Assembly (NCBI GenBank): GCA_964187785.1
Contig: OZ076413.1
Location: forward strand, 47,308,001-47,372,000
Origin: Amphiscolops sp. MND2022
Lineage: Eukaryota
Direction of reading: 5' to 3'
Length of the DNA: 64,000 bases
How positions within the stretch are numbered: the first letter of the stretch is position 1; each line of letters starts with the position of its first letter. Below, in pieces: positions 12,043 to 23,650 of the stretch. Below the pieces are notes generated by a model. It did not search any database and was not told the DNA's origin. It saw nothing but the letters and a program-made list of their open reading frames with translations. The position numbers and the translations under genes were made by a program.

Positions 12043-12280
12043 GTGGTTGGAACTTGAACAGTTATGCTGACACTCTTAGCAAATGGAGTAGCACGATAAA
12101 AAGATTTGTGAATGAGTGCGATAGTCAGACACCGGTGAACTGCATGAAAGTGTTCTATGAACAACTGGTTCTGCAGCCTAATAATACCATCAGAGCCATC
12201 GCCAGGTTCCTCAACGTGCCTTGGGACGACAAGATGCTACATCATCAAGACGAAGTCGGCAAAACCATATCATATTCCAA
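12043..12280 (+). CDS. TPST: TPST internal exon
   Basis: gttag|GT (phase 1) to AA|gtacgt (phase 2). Encodes GWNLNSY...KW...CMKVFYEQLVLQP...FLNVPWDDKMLHH. Confidence 0.93.
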
Positions 12281-12897
12281 GTACGTTAATCACTGAAAAG
12301 TATAAGTATTCATGTTTTCTGAGCCTTGTAATTTAACGCCATTACAGTTTTGTTTATACTCGCAAGGTGTACCTGGCATTTCGCACTATTAGATGATGCC
12401 CAAATCAGTTGTGCAAAATGGATGGGTGAATGGTTTTGTTGCGTTTTTCTGGTGACCAGTGGTTTATTTTTAAAGTGTAGGCATGCCACTTTTGCGTAAA
12501 TGAGCGGAGTTGGCCGACGCTTTGTTGTTCAATCCAGACAGATTGAAAAAGGTTGCAAAAATCGAGACAGAATTTCATTCACAAAACGAATTAAAGTGTT
12601 GATACTTTTGGCTTCAAATAACACAAATTTACTTTTTAGATGAAGTTTTTTTTCATCTTTGATATCGTTTAAAATGATTTGACTAAATTCCATAGGTTAA
12701 GTTTTTATATTTGAATCGCTATAAAAACCAAAAAAGTTTTTAATGTTAAGTAAACTTTGAAGCATTTGGTTGCTTTTTGGATCAATTTAGTCTACTTTTC
12801 TTTCTTAACATACTTTCTTTCTTCGAATAACTTCCTCGCATTTTTTTTTCAAATTTCAACTAACCCTAACTAACATCTCTGTTCTTCATTTTCATAG

Positions 12898-13363
12898 ACT
12901 GGAACGATCAACGGACCAGGTGGCGAAACCAATCAACTTACTGGGCTTAGATTCCTGGGTCGGTCATATTCCAGACAACATTCTCAAAGATGTTGAAACA
13001 CATGCTCCCATGTTGAAAACCTTGGGATACGACTTGTCACCGAACCCTTACTATGGAGAGCCAGATGACTTAGTGAAGAAGAATCTTCAATTATTGCGAC
13101 AAAATCCAGAAAAATATAAAGTTGAGACCTATAAGTTTGAGAATGGGAAAGTAATCAAGGGACCTCAGTATGGTGCAGAGAAAATGAAACAACATCAGGA
13201 GGAAAGTCAGTTAGGAATCAGAAATCCTGATTATTTGAAGGAAGAAAATGCCAAAGAAAAGGAAAAAGAGAACTTACAAATTTATTACCATCCCAAAAGA
13301 AGGAAAGATCCACTCTATGCCGAGCGAAAGCCAAACTACCGTAATCGGAGACCCCCGAGTTAA
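12898..13363 (+). CDS. TPST: TPST terminal exon A
   Basis: ttcatag|A acceptor, phase 2. Encodes LERSTDQVAKPINL...APMLKTLGYD...NPYYGEPD and ends at stop 13363. Confidence 0.9.
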
Positions 13364-14305
13364 CAAATACATATCGTATCTTATCAGATTATACTTGTTC
13401 CGATTAATATCTATGCTTTTCAACTTCTTGAATTTCGGATCTTTCCTATGGGAAATAGGTAATGCTGTTATATTCAGTGAATTATGGCCAGAAGTTAAAG
13501 TAGAACTAGTAGAGAAGGAACTCGAAAGCTACGGATGACATGTAATTGAGTTCGATAGTTTTTCTTGATCTTCCAAACTTTTCAAGAATAGTTTCCTCAG
13601 CAAATGAGTGATTTTGGGACAAGATGTTCCCAGATTCAATGGAATGTGAAAATAAAATGTAATTTTTTTTGGAATATCAATACCTGGAAAAGTAAGAGAA
13701 CACTGCTAATCACTGATTAGAATGTTTTCCTTAAAAATTGGAAGATCAAGCTGAAATTTTTGTAAATATTGGTTTTATGTCTTTGATGGTTAGAAGGTTT
13801 GTAAAAACGAAGTTATATAGCTTAATAAATAAATTATTAATTAGGCTATATTAATAAATTATTCTGACACGTATAGTTTTTTTAAATATTGAAACTACCA
13901 TAACCGAAAAACTTTACAATTATACGCGCAACTTCATTTAATCAATAAGTATACCTATAAATTGTTATAATCGATTATCTACCGCGAATACATTCAGCAC
14001 AATATGAAGTTCGATTTATTTCAGTGTCTAATATAGACTAAATGCACTTTCAGGATTCAAAAATACTCTTGAAGCTCAAAGTTGTTCGCGTCATCACTGC
14101 ATTGAAAAACTTTGAAAAAACTCCTGCTGTCCTTGTTATCTAAAAATATTCATTTCACAACTCTGAAATCAATGTTTTAAAACTGTTTCTCTTTCTTTGC
14201 TTCTTCTTTTTCTACTTTTTTTTCATTTCAAACATTTGGATCTTCATGGCCTTTCCGGTGATGTAATGAAAACGGGTTTTCATTCTGGTTATTTTTTTGC
14301 CACAG

Positions 14306-14762
14306 ACTGGAACGATCGACGGATCAGATAGCTAAGCCAATCAACTTGCTCGGTCTGGACTCTTGGAAGGGACACATTCCAGACGAAATTCTAGAGAACA
14401 TAGAAATGCACGCGCCTATGTTGAAGGAACTCGGATACGACTTATCACCTAACCCGAAATACGGAGAGCCAGATGAATTAGTCAAGAAAAATCTCAAACT
14501 TCTGGAAGAAAATCCGGACAAATACCAAGTCGAAACCGAGCTTTTTTCAGAGGGGAAAGTTGTCAAAGGCCCTCAAGTGGGCGCTCATATAATGGAGCAA
14601 CATCGAAAAGAAAGTCGAATGGGTATCAAAAATCCAGACGATTTGGATGAAACATGGAGCCCCAGAGATAATTACTTCGGTCCCAAAACGTTAAACAATC
14701 GTCTCAAGGCCCCAAGAAGGGCACAGTTTCGCCGCCCTGCAAAGTCCGATAATTTTTCTTAA
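14306..14762 (+). CDS. TPST: TPST terminal exon B (paralogous copy of exon A)
   Basis: cacag|A acceptor, same phase 2. Encodes LERSTDQIAKPINL...APMLKELGYD...NPKYGEPD. AATAAA lies immediately after the stop. Confidence 0.88.
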
Positions 14763-15668
14763 AATAAAAACCCAGGGACTGAAAAACATCTTTTCACTTG
14801 CAAAATCATCATAATTTTATTGTGTGAAACCTAGACATGCCTGAATGTTTTACCGAACGCGGGTTGACTTCTACAGAAAAAACATCTAGACCATAAAAAG
14901 TCATTTATGGTGATGTATGGAAAACATTTCAGTCATTCGATGACCTTCCAAGAGAAAAATCATTCAAATTATACAATGACTATATTATAATTTTGTATGG
15001 GCTAAATGTTTTCTATGCATGACAAATTAGCATAACGTAGCCAATTAGCGAACTAATGTCCTTTGGAACGTAAGAAAATCAACGCAATCGCCAAGTTTTG
15101 GTAGCTGATGCTGGTTTATTCATTATTGATCTCAAATGAAGCCCCTGGAAAGCAGATATTAGTTCAACAAAAGTGCCAATGCTCAGGTGAAACTTCTATA
15201 TGTTCTTCAATACATTCTGTATGTCCTATTCATACTGTTTTCCAAGTTTACTTATGCTAAACATTCAGAGATCCACCATTTCGCAACTTCTATAAATTTT
15301 GCATATGCAATGATCTGTGATGTATCCGTTGTTGAAACAGGAAAGTATTTAGTTCATATAATGGCGATATACGAAATTAATTCAGTCATAGCATGACCAT
15401 AAGATGTTTTTACGAATGGCACCTGTTTCAATATGTGAAAACATTGTATGAACTAAATATTAGATCAACCCTTGAAGTTAAATATTTTGGAATTGATTAG
15501 TAAATATATTGAGTCCGTTGCTATGAAAATCTCAGTGAAAAAAAATCAATTTTAGCGAAGTGAATGTTGGAATTTCATTAGGGTAAGGCTCCTCTTTTGT
15601 CACTGAACACAATTCACTGAAGCAAACAATGCCACGAAAAACTGTAAATGAATTTTGTAATTATGTAT

Positions 15669-17280
15669 TGTCGCGATTTTGTTCGCTGTTATTTGAGTCC
15701 GTTGAACTCTCTCTAGACCTCAGTCTACTATTTTCTTGAGTGAAACACGTTTTGTGGCGATTTTCCTTCGTTTTCTGTGAATTTCCTACTTCGGCGTTCC
15801 GTTGTAGCCCACTGGACCTTTGGTCCGTTATGGAGAATTCGGTCGACCTTGGGCTAAGATGTAGCCCGTCAGACCTTCGGTCCACCATGGTGAAATTAGA
15901 TCTCCCCTGCATTTCTAGTGCATTTTGAATAGAAGGAAGCACTGTACTTGTTATTGCGTCAGTAATTGCTTCTTGGATTTGGGAATTCAAACTAGTTTTA
16001 ATCTCAATCAGTTTTCTTGACATTTGATTGGAAATTTTTTTGGTTAATTAGTCTTGTAGTCTCAATCGTGAATTCACTATTTTCTCTACTATTTGTGTTT
16101 GGTAGTGACCTAAAATCCTCTCCTAAGACGTTTGAACTTTGCTGTGGCCTGCTAGACCCTGAGTGTAAATTCACTTCATTTTCACTAATATTATTCTCTT
16201 CATCATCTCTAGAGTAACTACCTAACATTATGTCAACGTTTTCTACATCTGACAGCATGTCTAACTGTCTAGAGCGTCTCTCTTTAGCCTTTTGCTTTCT
16301 CGTTGAAGGCATTGAAGAAAATTAACACAACAACAATGAATTGGCGATACAGACTAAAGTTTATATGGTCAATGATTGAAATGTACAGATGGTACTGAAA
16401 GTAAAGTTTCAATTGTAATTGAATACAGTTTGAGTTGAATTGTGACTTCGAGTTGAGCTTCCAAAAGATTGGTCCCTACGGTCTCTCGGGCCGTGCTATA
16501 TATACCCTGATCTGCATGACAAGCAAATTTACAGGCGTCATGTTACTAAATATAGTTATGATAAACTAAAAATAGCGTCAAATATGGTTACGTCAGCATG
16601 ACGTCAATACATCAAAGAGCCAAATGGGGGGATTTTGACGGTTAAGCCGACAAAGAGAAAACGTTTATATTGGCCTGTAAGTAAATTCAGAGTTAATCTA
16701 CTAGACAACATTACATGCTTTCAGAATACATGATTTCTTGTTATTACAGCATTTCACCATAGCGGACGTTAAGTCCACGTAGCCACAGACAATTACAGCA
16801 CTAGCAGCACTTGTGCGTTAATTTCACCGTGGCAGACATTCTGTCCACGGAGCGTCACTAATATACTGCATTTTGATTGGTGCAAAATACTGGTACAGCG
16901 AGTACAGTGAATTAGAAGAGGCGTTCATTTGAACGCGTTTCCTCTTCTACATGCTATTACATCATATTAATTCATTGATTTACACGTTTTCTATTAATTA
17001 CATCAACATTCAAATTACAAAACAGGCACAAAATAATTTACTAAATAGTAAAATACATCCTCACGGACTAAAATAATCAATTGCACTGAGGCCGCAAGGA
17101 CCACAGGTCTTTCATGGTAAAATTCAAAATAGTGTACATAGCAATAAAATAAATGTAGTTTAAATCACTTTTTGGTCTTTGTCGGTGTTTATATAGGAAG
17201 AACTCCTGGCGGAGGGTTAGAGTTATCTCCTTCCAACGTAATTTGATAAAAATTGCCATCGCAGGCGGCAGCCTGCGACA
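15669..17280 (-). repeat. 3' LTR (1612 bp)
   Basis: Direct repeat of 29875-31481 with about 15 differences by eye. Contains a frameshifted copy of the gag N-terminus (ORFs 16004..16312 and 15661..16023). Confidence 0.96.
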
Positions 17281-18007
17281 CTCCCCTAGGGATGAAGAGC
17301 ACTGTCCCCTGGTCCATTCCGGCTAAGTAGGCTGCTCTCCTTCTCAATCGGTCTGCGTAATTCTCACCTCTGTAGGTCGTGCTTTCTAGGAAGTCTAGTA
17401 CTGCTGTTTCTTTTATTTGTTCGTAACTGCGTCCACAAACAATACAGTCCCCATATATTGCCGAATTAGGCTGTCCACAATGGGAGGCCATTCTCACGCT
17501 GATCCCTTGTATATGTGAACTCAGCGGTAGCGGCTGATTAAGCTGCGGGGGCAAGTTATTGTCGCTCGGACCATAAGTCGGCCCACGTTCGTGTGGCGGG
17601 GGAGATTGCGGTGAGTCGACTATAGGCGTTAGATTCCCACAATATTTTATGGGTGGACTACTGCTTTGGGTAGCAGTACTTGGCCCTGCTCCCCTGTCCA
17701 GAGGGTCGGCCTGACTGTCGACCAATCGCATCATACTATCAAAATCTTCCCAAGGAAAATTTGGGTAAGTGTCCTCTGTACCTTCAGTCAACTCCACAGT
17801 CATTTTACGTCCTGCAACTTGCCCTTCTGACTGGATCGGCACTTGTCGGTAACACGCGATAACCTCTATATCACTATCTTCAGTGTCGTCTCTGGTAGCA
17901 CTGACTGACTGAATGTCCACATCCATTTCTTCGTCAGAAGAGTAGTAACTAGGACTGACCGGGAGAACTGAGAGGTCGTCTAGGATGAACGGTAGATTCA
18001 TTTCCAT
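17189..18007 (-). CDS. Extra sense-strand ORF (272 aa) of unknown function ending inside the 3' LTR
   Basis: Intact ATG-to-stop ORF with an acidic/Pro-rich N-half and a CIVC motif. The C-terminal peptide (VSQxAACD...GVLPI*) is conserved in the diverged LTR copy at 43558. Confidence 0.75.
   Translation of the reverse strand: MEMNLPFILDDLSVLPVSPSYYSSDEEMDVDIQSVSATRDDTEDSDIEVIACYRQVPIQSEGQVAGRKMTVELTEGTEDTYPNFPWEDFDSMMRLVDSQADPLDRGAGPSTATQSSSPPIKYCGNLTPIVDSPQSPPPHERGPTYGPSDNNLPPQLNQPLPLSSHIQGISVRMASHCGQPNSAIYGDCIVCGRSYEQIKETAVLDFLESTTYRGENYADRLRRRAAYLAGMDQGTVLFIPRGVSQAAACDGNFYQITLEGDNSNPPPGVLPI
17281..17288 (-). promoter_or_regulatory. Short polypurine tract (AGGGGAG) before the 3' LTR
   Basis: Minus strand reads ...CCTAGGGGAG|TGTCGC. 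Confidence 0.6.
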
Positions 18008-19160
18008 CTTATTTCGAAATCTACTAAGAAAGATTTTCTTCGCAATTCTGAGGTTTCTTTATTCAACTGCTTTGCACTTTTCAAATTGTGATGAATGATT
18101 TCTTTTCTAGCTACTTGGACTGCCGGTCTTCCCATTTTCGCGGGAGTTTCCTGGCGGGGAAACGGTTTTCTGATCTTCCCTAAATCTTTACTAAACATTC
18201 CATATAAGTAGATTTTGCCGAAGTTCCAGAAATCATAAGTAAGGTAAACTTCTTGTTAATTGGTCTATGAAGGGCCTTGTAGTTGTTTGCACAACTACTT
18301 GATAGTAGTGAAAAGGTGTAATAAGTGTTAACTCAAGTTAACCGTCAGTAAATGAATCCACCATCAAAGACCTTCGGTCTGCTCGGCTACATCAAGTTAA
18401 GTAGCCAATGAGGTGTCGTTGATAAATGAATGATGAAAATGGATGAAAAATGAATGAAACTGACGATTTTCTAAACTTATACTGCTCTAAACGGAGAAAT
18501 GATTTCCATAATTGAATAAAGACATGAATATCACTGGCAGTCTCAATCCATGCTAAAAGGGATTATAATTGACTAAATGTAATAAGGGAATATGGCATAA
18601 TTGGTATATAATTATAAATGAAAGAAGTAGTCAGTAGGCCACGACGTCCAAGTAAGATAATAAGTAATTGATAGTGTTGGAGGCTTAAGATATTGCGTAA
18701 CTTGACTGTAAGTCTAGTAAAGTTGAAAAGTACAAGTATTAGTATTATACAATAATTCACTTTCTGTGTCTGTGATCCAGTATTCTTCACTCCTTTTCTC
18801 ATTCAATACTTGAATTGCTTAATTATCCCATTGAGTATCCAATTCCCCAACGCGAGGCATGGACTTTAAGTCGCATTGGCTACAGTAACAGCTAAACTCA
18901 CAGCAGTCAATCTTCTAAAGGAGTCTTCCAGAATCTCACTGTCCCTCCCTCGGAATTGTACCCCCAATCAGCCGATTTTGGAGTAAAAGAATTCTGCTTC
19001 TCCGTCATGGAAATTGCATCAGGTTGGTTCTTTTAATTTGTCTTGACTAAACTTGATCAGGGTTTAGGCTTGACTACTTTACTTCCTCCATCATGAAATG
19101 TTTTCACATTGGGTTGAATGAAATGAACTTTACTTCCGGAAGATTTTCAAAAGCGGCTAG

Positions 19161-22100
19161 ATGGATTCTTATGCAGGAAGTGAACCGCGCGAATTTATTC
19201 CTTTCTATTTAGAAAAGGAACCAAACGGCCAACCAGACCAAACGGCTGCTGAGAGTAACAACATGAGCAGTGGTACTGGAATTACTGAAGACGCTGCGGC
19301 TAATGAGACCCTTGGTCATGGGGTGGAGAGAAGCTCAGATGCCCCAATTCCCCAAGCTTCTGGCCAACTGCCTCTTGTAAATGTGCTGCCTACTGCTATA
19401 GAGATAATTGAAGAAGGGTCTTCCCAGGCTTCGGGTACTCAAGGAACGGTAGGTGGATTGTCCCCTGCTGCCATGACCGAAATGGACACTGGTGCCCCGG
19501 GACTACAGTCACCTGACTACTCTCCCTCATTGCTTAATTTGCTTGGAACGGATGGGAGGAGTTCCGGAGAAAGCATACAGGCCTATCTCACCCGTAAACT
19601 TGAAACACGAGCTGAGGTAGAAGGCGAACCCGGACCCAGTGGTGGACAGGCAAAATGTAGCGTCAGTGAGCCAATCCAACTAAGTTCTTCCCCCAATTTA
19701 CCACCAGAAACTGAAAGACCAAAATTGTCTGAGTCCCCGGTGATTGTTCCCGTTCCCTCGACTGGAACCGCACGCCTGCCCGAAACTGACGTACCAGGAG
19801 GCTCAGCAAAGAGACCAAGAATCGGTAGTAGCACTAACGGTGACGTTCAGTCCCCTCTCAAGTTCGGACTCCTCTCATCATACTTAATTAACGCCGATCT
19901 AATTAGTGTGCAATCCGGACAGGAAGAACAGAACGACCCTTTCAGATCAACTAGAGGTGCCAGCAGTTCGGAGGTTGAATTGGAGACAGACGCTGAGTCC
20001 ACTAGCCGCCTTGCAGGTTCAACCATCGCTCAAGCCATTACTGCCAAGACTAGAAATCTGAGCTTGGACATCAGTGACTCTGGCAGTACCATTGGTCCCA
20101 CAACCATGCAAGGAACTACCAAGAATACTGGACTTCGGACTAGCGGGAGAGCACTCATCAAGGAGTTTTTTGCTGAATCTGAAACTTTCAATCTGCCTTA
20201 AGGGCACCCAGTAATTGCCTTCACTGAAGACCAGATCAGCGCCGTCCTGAAAGTTGTCGCCGAAGAGGCCGCCAGGACAACCCAGAATGCAATGGAGAGA
20301 CTGATCAGTCAGGTCAGTGAGCTAAATATATCTCCTGGAAGTAGTGGAGCCCAACCGACTGGCAAGGCAACTGGCCTAGGAAAACGTTACCGACCTAGTA
20401 TTTGCTCTGGCGGTTATAGTGACACCAGCGGAGCCATTCAGAGTGACGATGACTTCTCCAGTATTGGTTATTCTTTCGAAGGTCCGGAGACTAGTGAGAT
20501 CGCTCATCCCCCACAAGCCGGAACGGTCGCCAGCTGTAGTCGCGACGTCCAGACGGCTGGACCCAGTGTCTTTGAAGCTGGAAGTCCTGGAGAACAGACT
20601 TTAGCCTCACTCAAAGCTGAGGCTATGAAAGACAAAGGGAGCCGATCTTGCAACAAACAAGGACGTTTCGTCCAATCAGCTACATCTCAAGGAACAAGAA
20701 GAAAGGTGACCCGCTCTGGCAAAATCATGAAAGAGGCCTACTTCAAAGGCATGGAGTGGACCCGCACCTTCGTATCTGGACCAGTAGACCCACGTTGGAA
20801 CCCGTACAAGTTCTACTGCCAGATTTGTAAGTCCAACGTATCGATTTACGGAAAAGGGGCAAGGGAGATCCTTCGACATCACTCCACCGAGAAACATCTC
20901 CGCAAGGATCAGAGGTGGAGGTACGAACACCTGTATAAAGTGGATCCAGTCACCAAGGCCAAAATACATCAGGTCAGAGGAAAAGATGGAAAGATCTTGA
21001 CTCCTATCAATTGGAATTGGAGCTTCCTAAATTCAGGCACGAAGTGTTGGTTGAGATCGGGCAGAAACTCCCATTCTATGAGGAGTATATGTCGGGTACG
21101 GACTACATGGCTTCCTCGTCGGACAACAGGGCACGAATCCAACTGTCTGTTCTTGGACGATTCCTAACACATTATGGCGACCTGGAAGTGTTAAAGGCTT
21201 TCTGGAATGACGTGGGAGTCATAGTGAACCACCAGGCTCTTTTCACCGATTTCAACTGGAGCCGAGAGCGATTGACTGTAAGTCTTCCCGTAAAACCATT
21301 CCAAGTACCATGACTTTGACTAAACTGATGTTCTAGCAGGTTAGATCGCAAAATTGTTTCATTGTTTAGATTTTGTTCCATCACATGTTTTGTGAACTCG
21401 TCAACCACATAGCGGCCCAGATCAACGCGAATGGTGAATATGCCGTGGAGTTTGCGAGTGATGGGGTCTTCATTCTTGCCTTTGTCCGCTTCTGGTACCA
21501 AGACGAACTTTGCCGTGTCTTACTGAAACGGACCAGCAGGCTGCAAGGACAGACCGATGCCGAAATTTGTCTGATTGCATACATCATGGCGGCAATTTCC
21601 ACCACTCCCAAACTCATCAGCTGCACTGGCTGTAGTATGAGGACAATTCAATTGATGGATCTAAGTCCGTACAGTTCCTTCAGCGTCCAAAGTCCCCCCA
21701 GATTTGAAGAATTGCCACAACTAATGCACCGAAAGAGCCAGAGTGTTTTCGGGCGTGTGGACTTCTTCTCCACTCTGCGTTACCTTGTGGTTTCATTGGG
21801 AGGAAGTCTGGAGCTGGGTTGGGTGCTGCTCTCGCCAGAATTATCAAGGGTATGCTGATCTTAATTCTCCCTTTTCTTAAGCTTTAGTTTTGAATAGTTG
21901 CGATACACGTTAGCACTGCAGCTATGCACTAAGTTACCGACTGAAATCAATGGACCTAACACTTCCATTGCCATGTTTTAGGCCATCCGTACTTGCCAGT
22001 TGGACATCTGTGGACTGCCTGCTTTGTGTAGAGAACTCCTCGACAATTGCTCTAAAGTCCACTCTTACTTGAGCAAGAATGCGCCGACCCAAGAGTACCA

Positions 22101-23495
22101 AGGAGTCCGGAGACAAGTAAATATCCTACTTCTTTGTGGCTTCTGGTACCGCAAGTCCATATGTGCATAAGTTTCCCATTGTTCTAGCCGCAGAACCTGG
22201 AGTGGTCGATCGTGTATGACTGTCTTTTCCCTAGCCGACTTGAGCTTTTTTACCGACTGGTCCAGGATTGTAAGTGGGTTTTTTGACGGTTTGTTCATTC
22301 CTGTGATAATCGGGCTTTTCGCAATGTATTCCTTTTTAGACACCAACAGTTTTACACTGAACTTGAAGTCGCGCCGGGACAGAGGTTTCCACGTTTACAA
22401 GGAATTGTGCCAATTCCTCTTCAAACTTGCCCGCAGGTGCATCCGTCCTAGTAGTCTGCCTGCTGACAACGACAATCATGGTATTTTGCAATTCTCTTTC
22501 CCCGAAGCCAAAACCCTGGTGGTAGACGACTTCATAACCCGCTCCAAACTCGGACCCCGTCTCGATATTGGTTGCAAACAAAAGGCCGAAAAAGAGCGCA
22601 ATGAAGGGGACAACAAAAACTTGAGCCTTGAAAAAATCACTGCTAACAATCGTGAGGAGTTCGGTAGGTCTGCCCGGTAGGTCTGTTCGGTAGGGGTATG
22701 TGGCTTATTTAGTTGGAGCCACTCAGAAGCTCAACCGTTTCACTTCCGATATTGTGCGCGGGCTTGGCTCTTTTGACCTGGAGGTTCTTCTCGTTGACCC
22801 GGTGGAACAAGCCATGTATTGTTTCAAGCAGCTTTTTTTCCAGTTTTAGGCTCCGTGGGGTCGTGGACCCAGGAGAAGAGCCAGTGTACACAGAAGAATA
22901 CCTTTCATTCATCGATGAATTACGTCGTCTCCATCCCGGTGTCCAGCAGCCGAAATTACTTATTGCCGATGCTATCACATTCATATCAAGTCAAGAGGCT
23001 CTCAAAACCAGACGTCACCTCACGAGAATCTTTCGCCTTTGTTGCCTTTGCTTGGACGAACCCAGGTTCAGTTTCCCTGGTGTCCGATTTGATTCCGCGA
23101 GGACCGATGATCCCACTTGCAGCATGTTTGATGTTGTGGCACCCATACAGTCGTTTCTCAGCAGCGTTTCCCGTGGACTTGACGCTCTCACATCTGAAGC
23201 TTCCGTTTCTCGATTCCTACATCTGGAGCCGACCTTTGGTGGTACTGGTCTGGAAAGCACCTACAGTCCTTGGGACAGCTTCGACCATTTTGGTCGGCAA
23301 CAGATTAGAGAGACCCTAAGTTCTAGCCTAAGAATATCATCCGTGTCTGGGACTGGTCGGTCTACTTCAAGCAAATCTCCAAAGGTTGTCCGTATATCCC
23401 CTGGCAAGCCCTCTTCCCAACGTAGTGCTACTGAGGCCGATGAGGCACCAATTTCCAAGTCTTGTGATTCGAGTGGAAGCACATCTAAACTATAA
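19161..23495 (+). pseudogene. Antisense spliced cargo gene inside the Gypsy element: BED-like Zn finger / hAT-transposase-like protein, about 1300 aa, lightly disrupted
   Basis: Exons 19161-21277, 21370-21849, 21982-22116, 22188-22269 and 22340-23495. Four GT-AG introns with compatible phases (0,0,0,1). FYCQICK...ILRHHSTEKH finger. Lesions at 20199 (TAA), about 21005, about 22680 and about 22835. Confidence 0.8.
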
Positions 23496-23650
23496 TTGTA
23501 CTGTATGTATACATGTGCAGTAGTCTTTCTTTTGTATATATTTCGTTGTGTTTATTCGTTCTCTTTATTCGTATTATGTCTTTAGTTCGCAAGTTAGTTC
23601 AGTCCCTGCTAAAGTATTTATTCAAAAAGGGGCGATTATTTAGAGTTTGT

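Noticed and set aside
15661..16312. A second, tandem truncated retroelement
   Set aside because: These gag-like ORFs are simply the part of gag contained in the 3' LTR. A single TSD encloses the whole element.
17189..18007. env gene in the post-pol position
   Set aside because: No signal peptide, furin site or transmembrane helix. The protein is small and largely acidic/Pro-rich.
22713..22835. Hydrophobic, signal-like N-terminus of ORF 22713..23495 as a separate membrane protein
   Set aside because: An alternative frame (LNRFTSDIVRGLGSFDLEVLLVDPVEQAMYCFKQ) joins by a 1-nt shift in a T7 run and is the more plausible continuation of exon 5.
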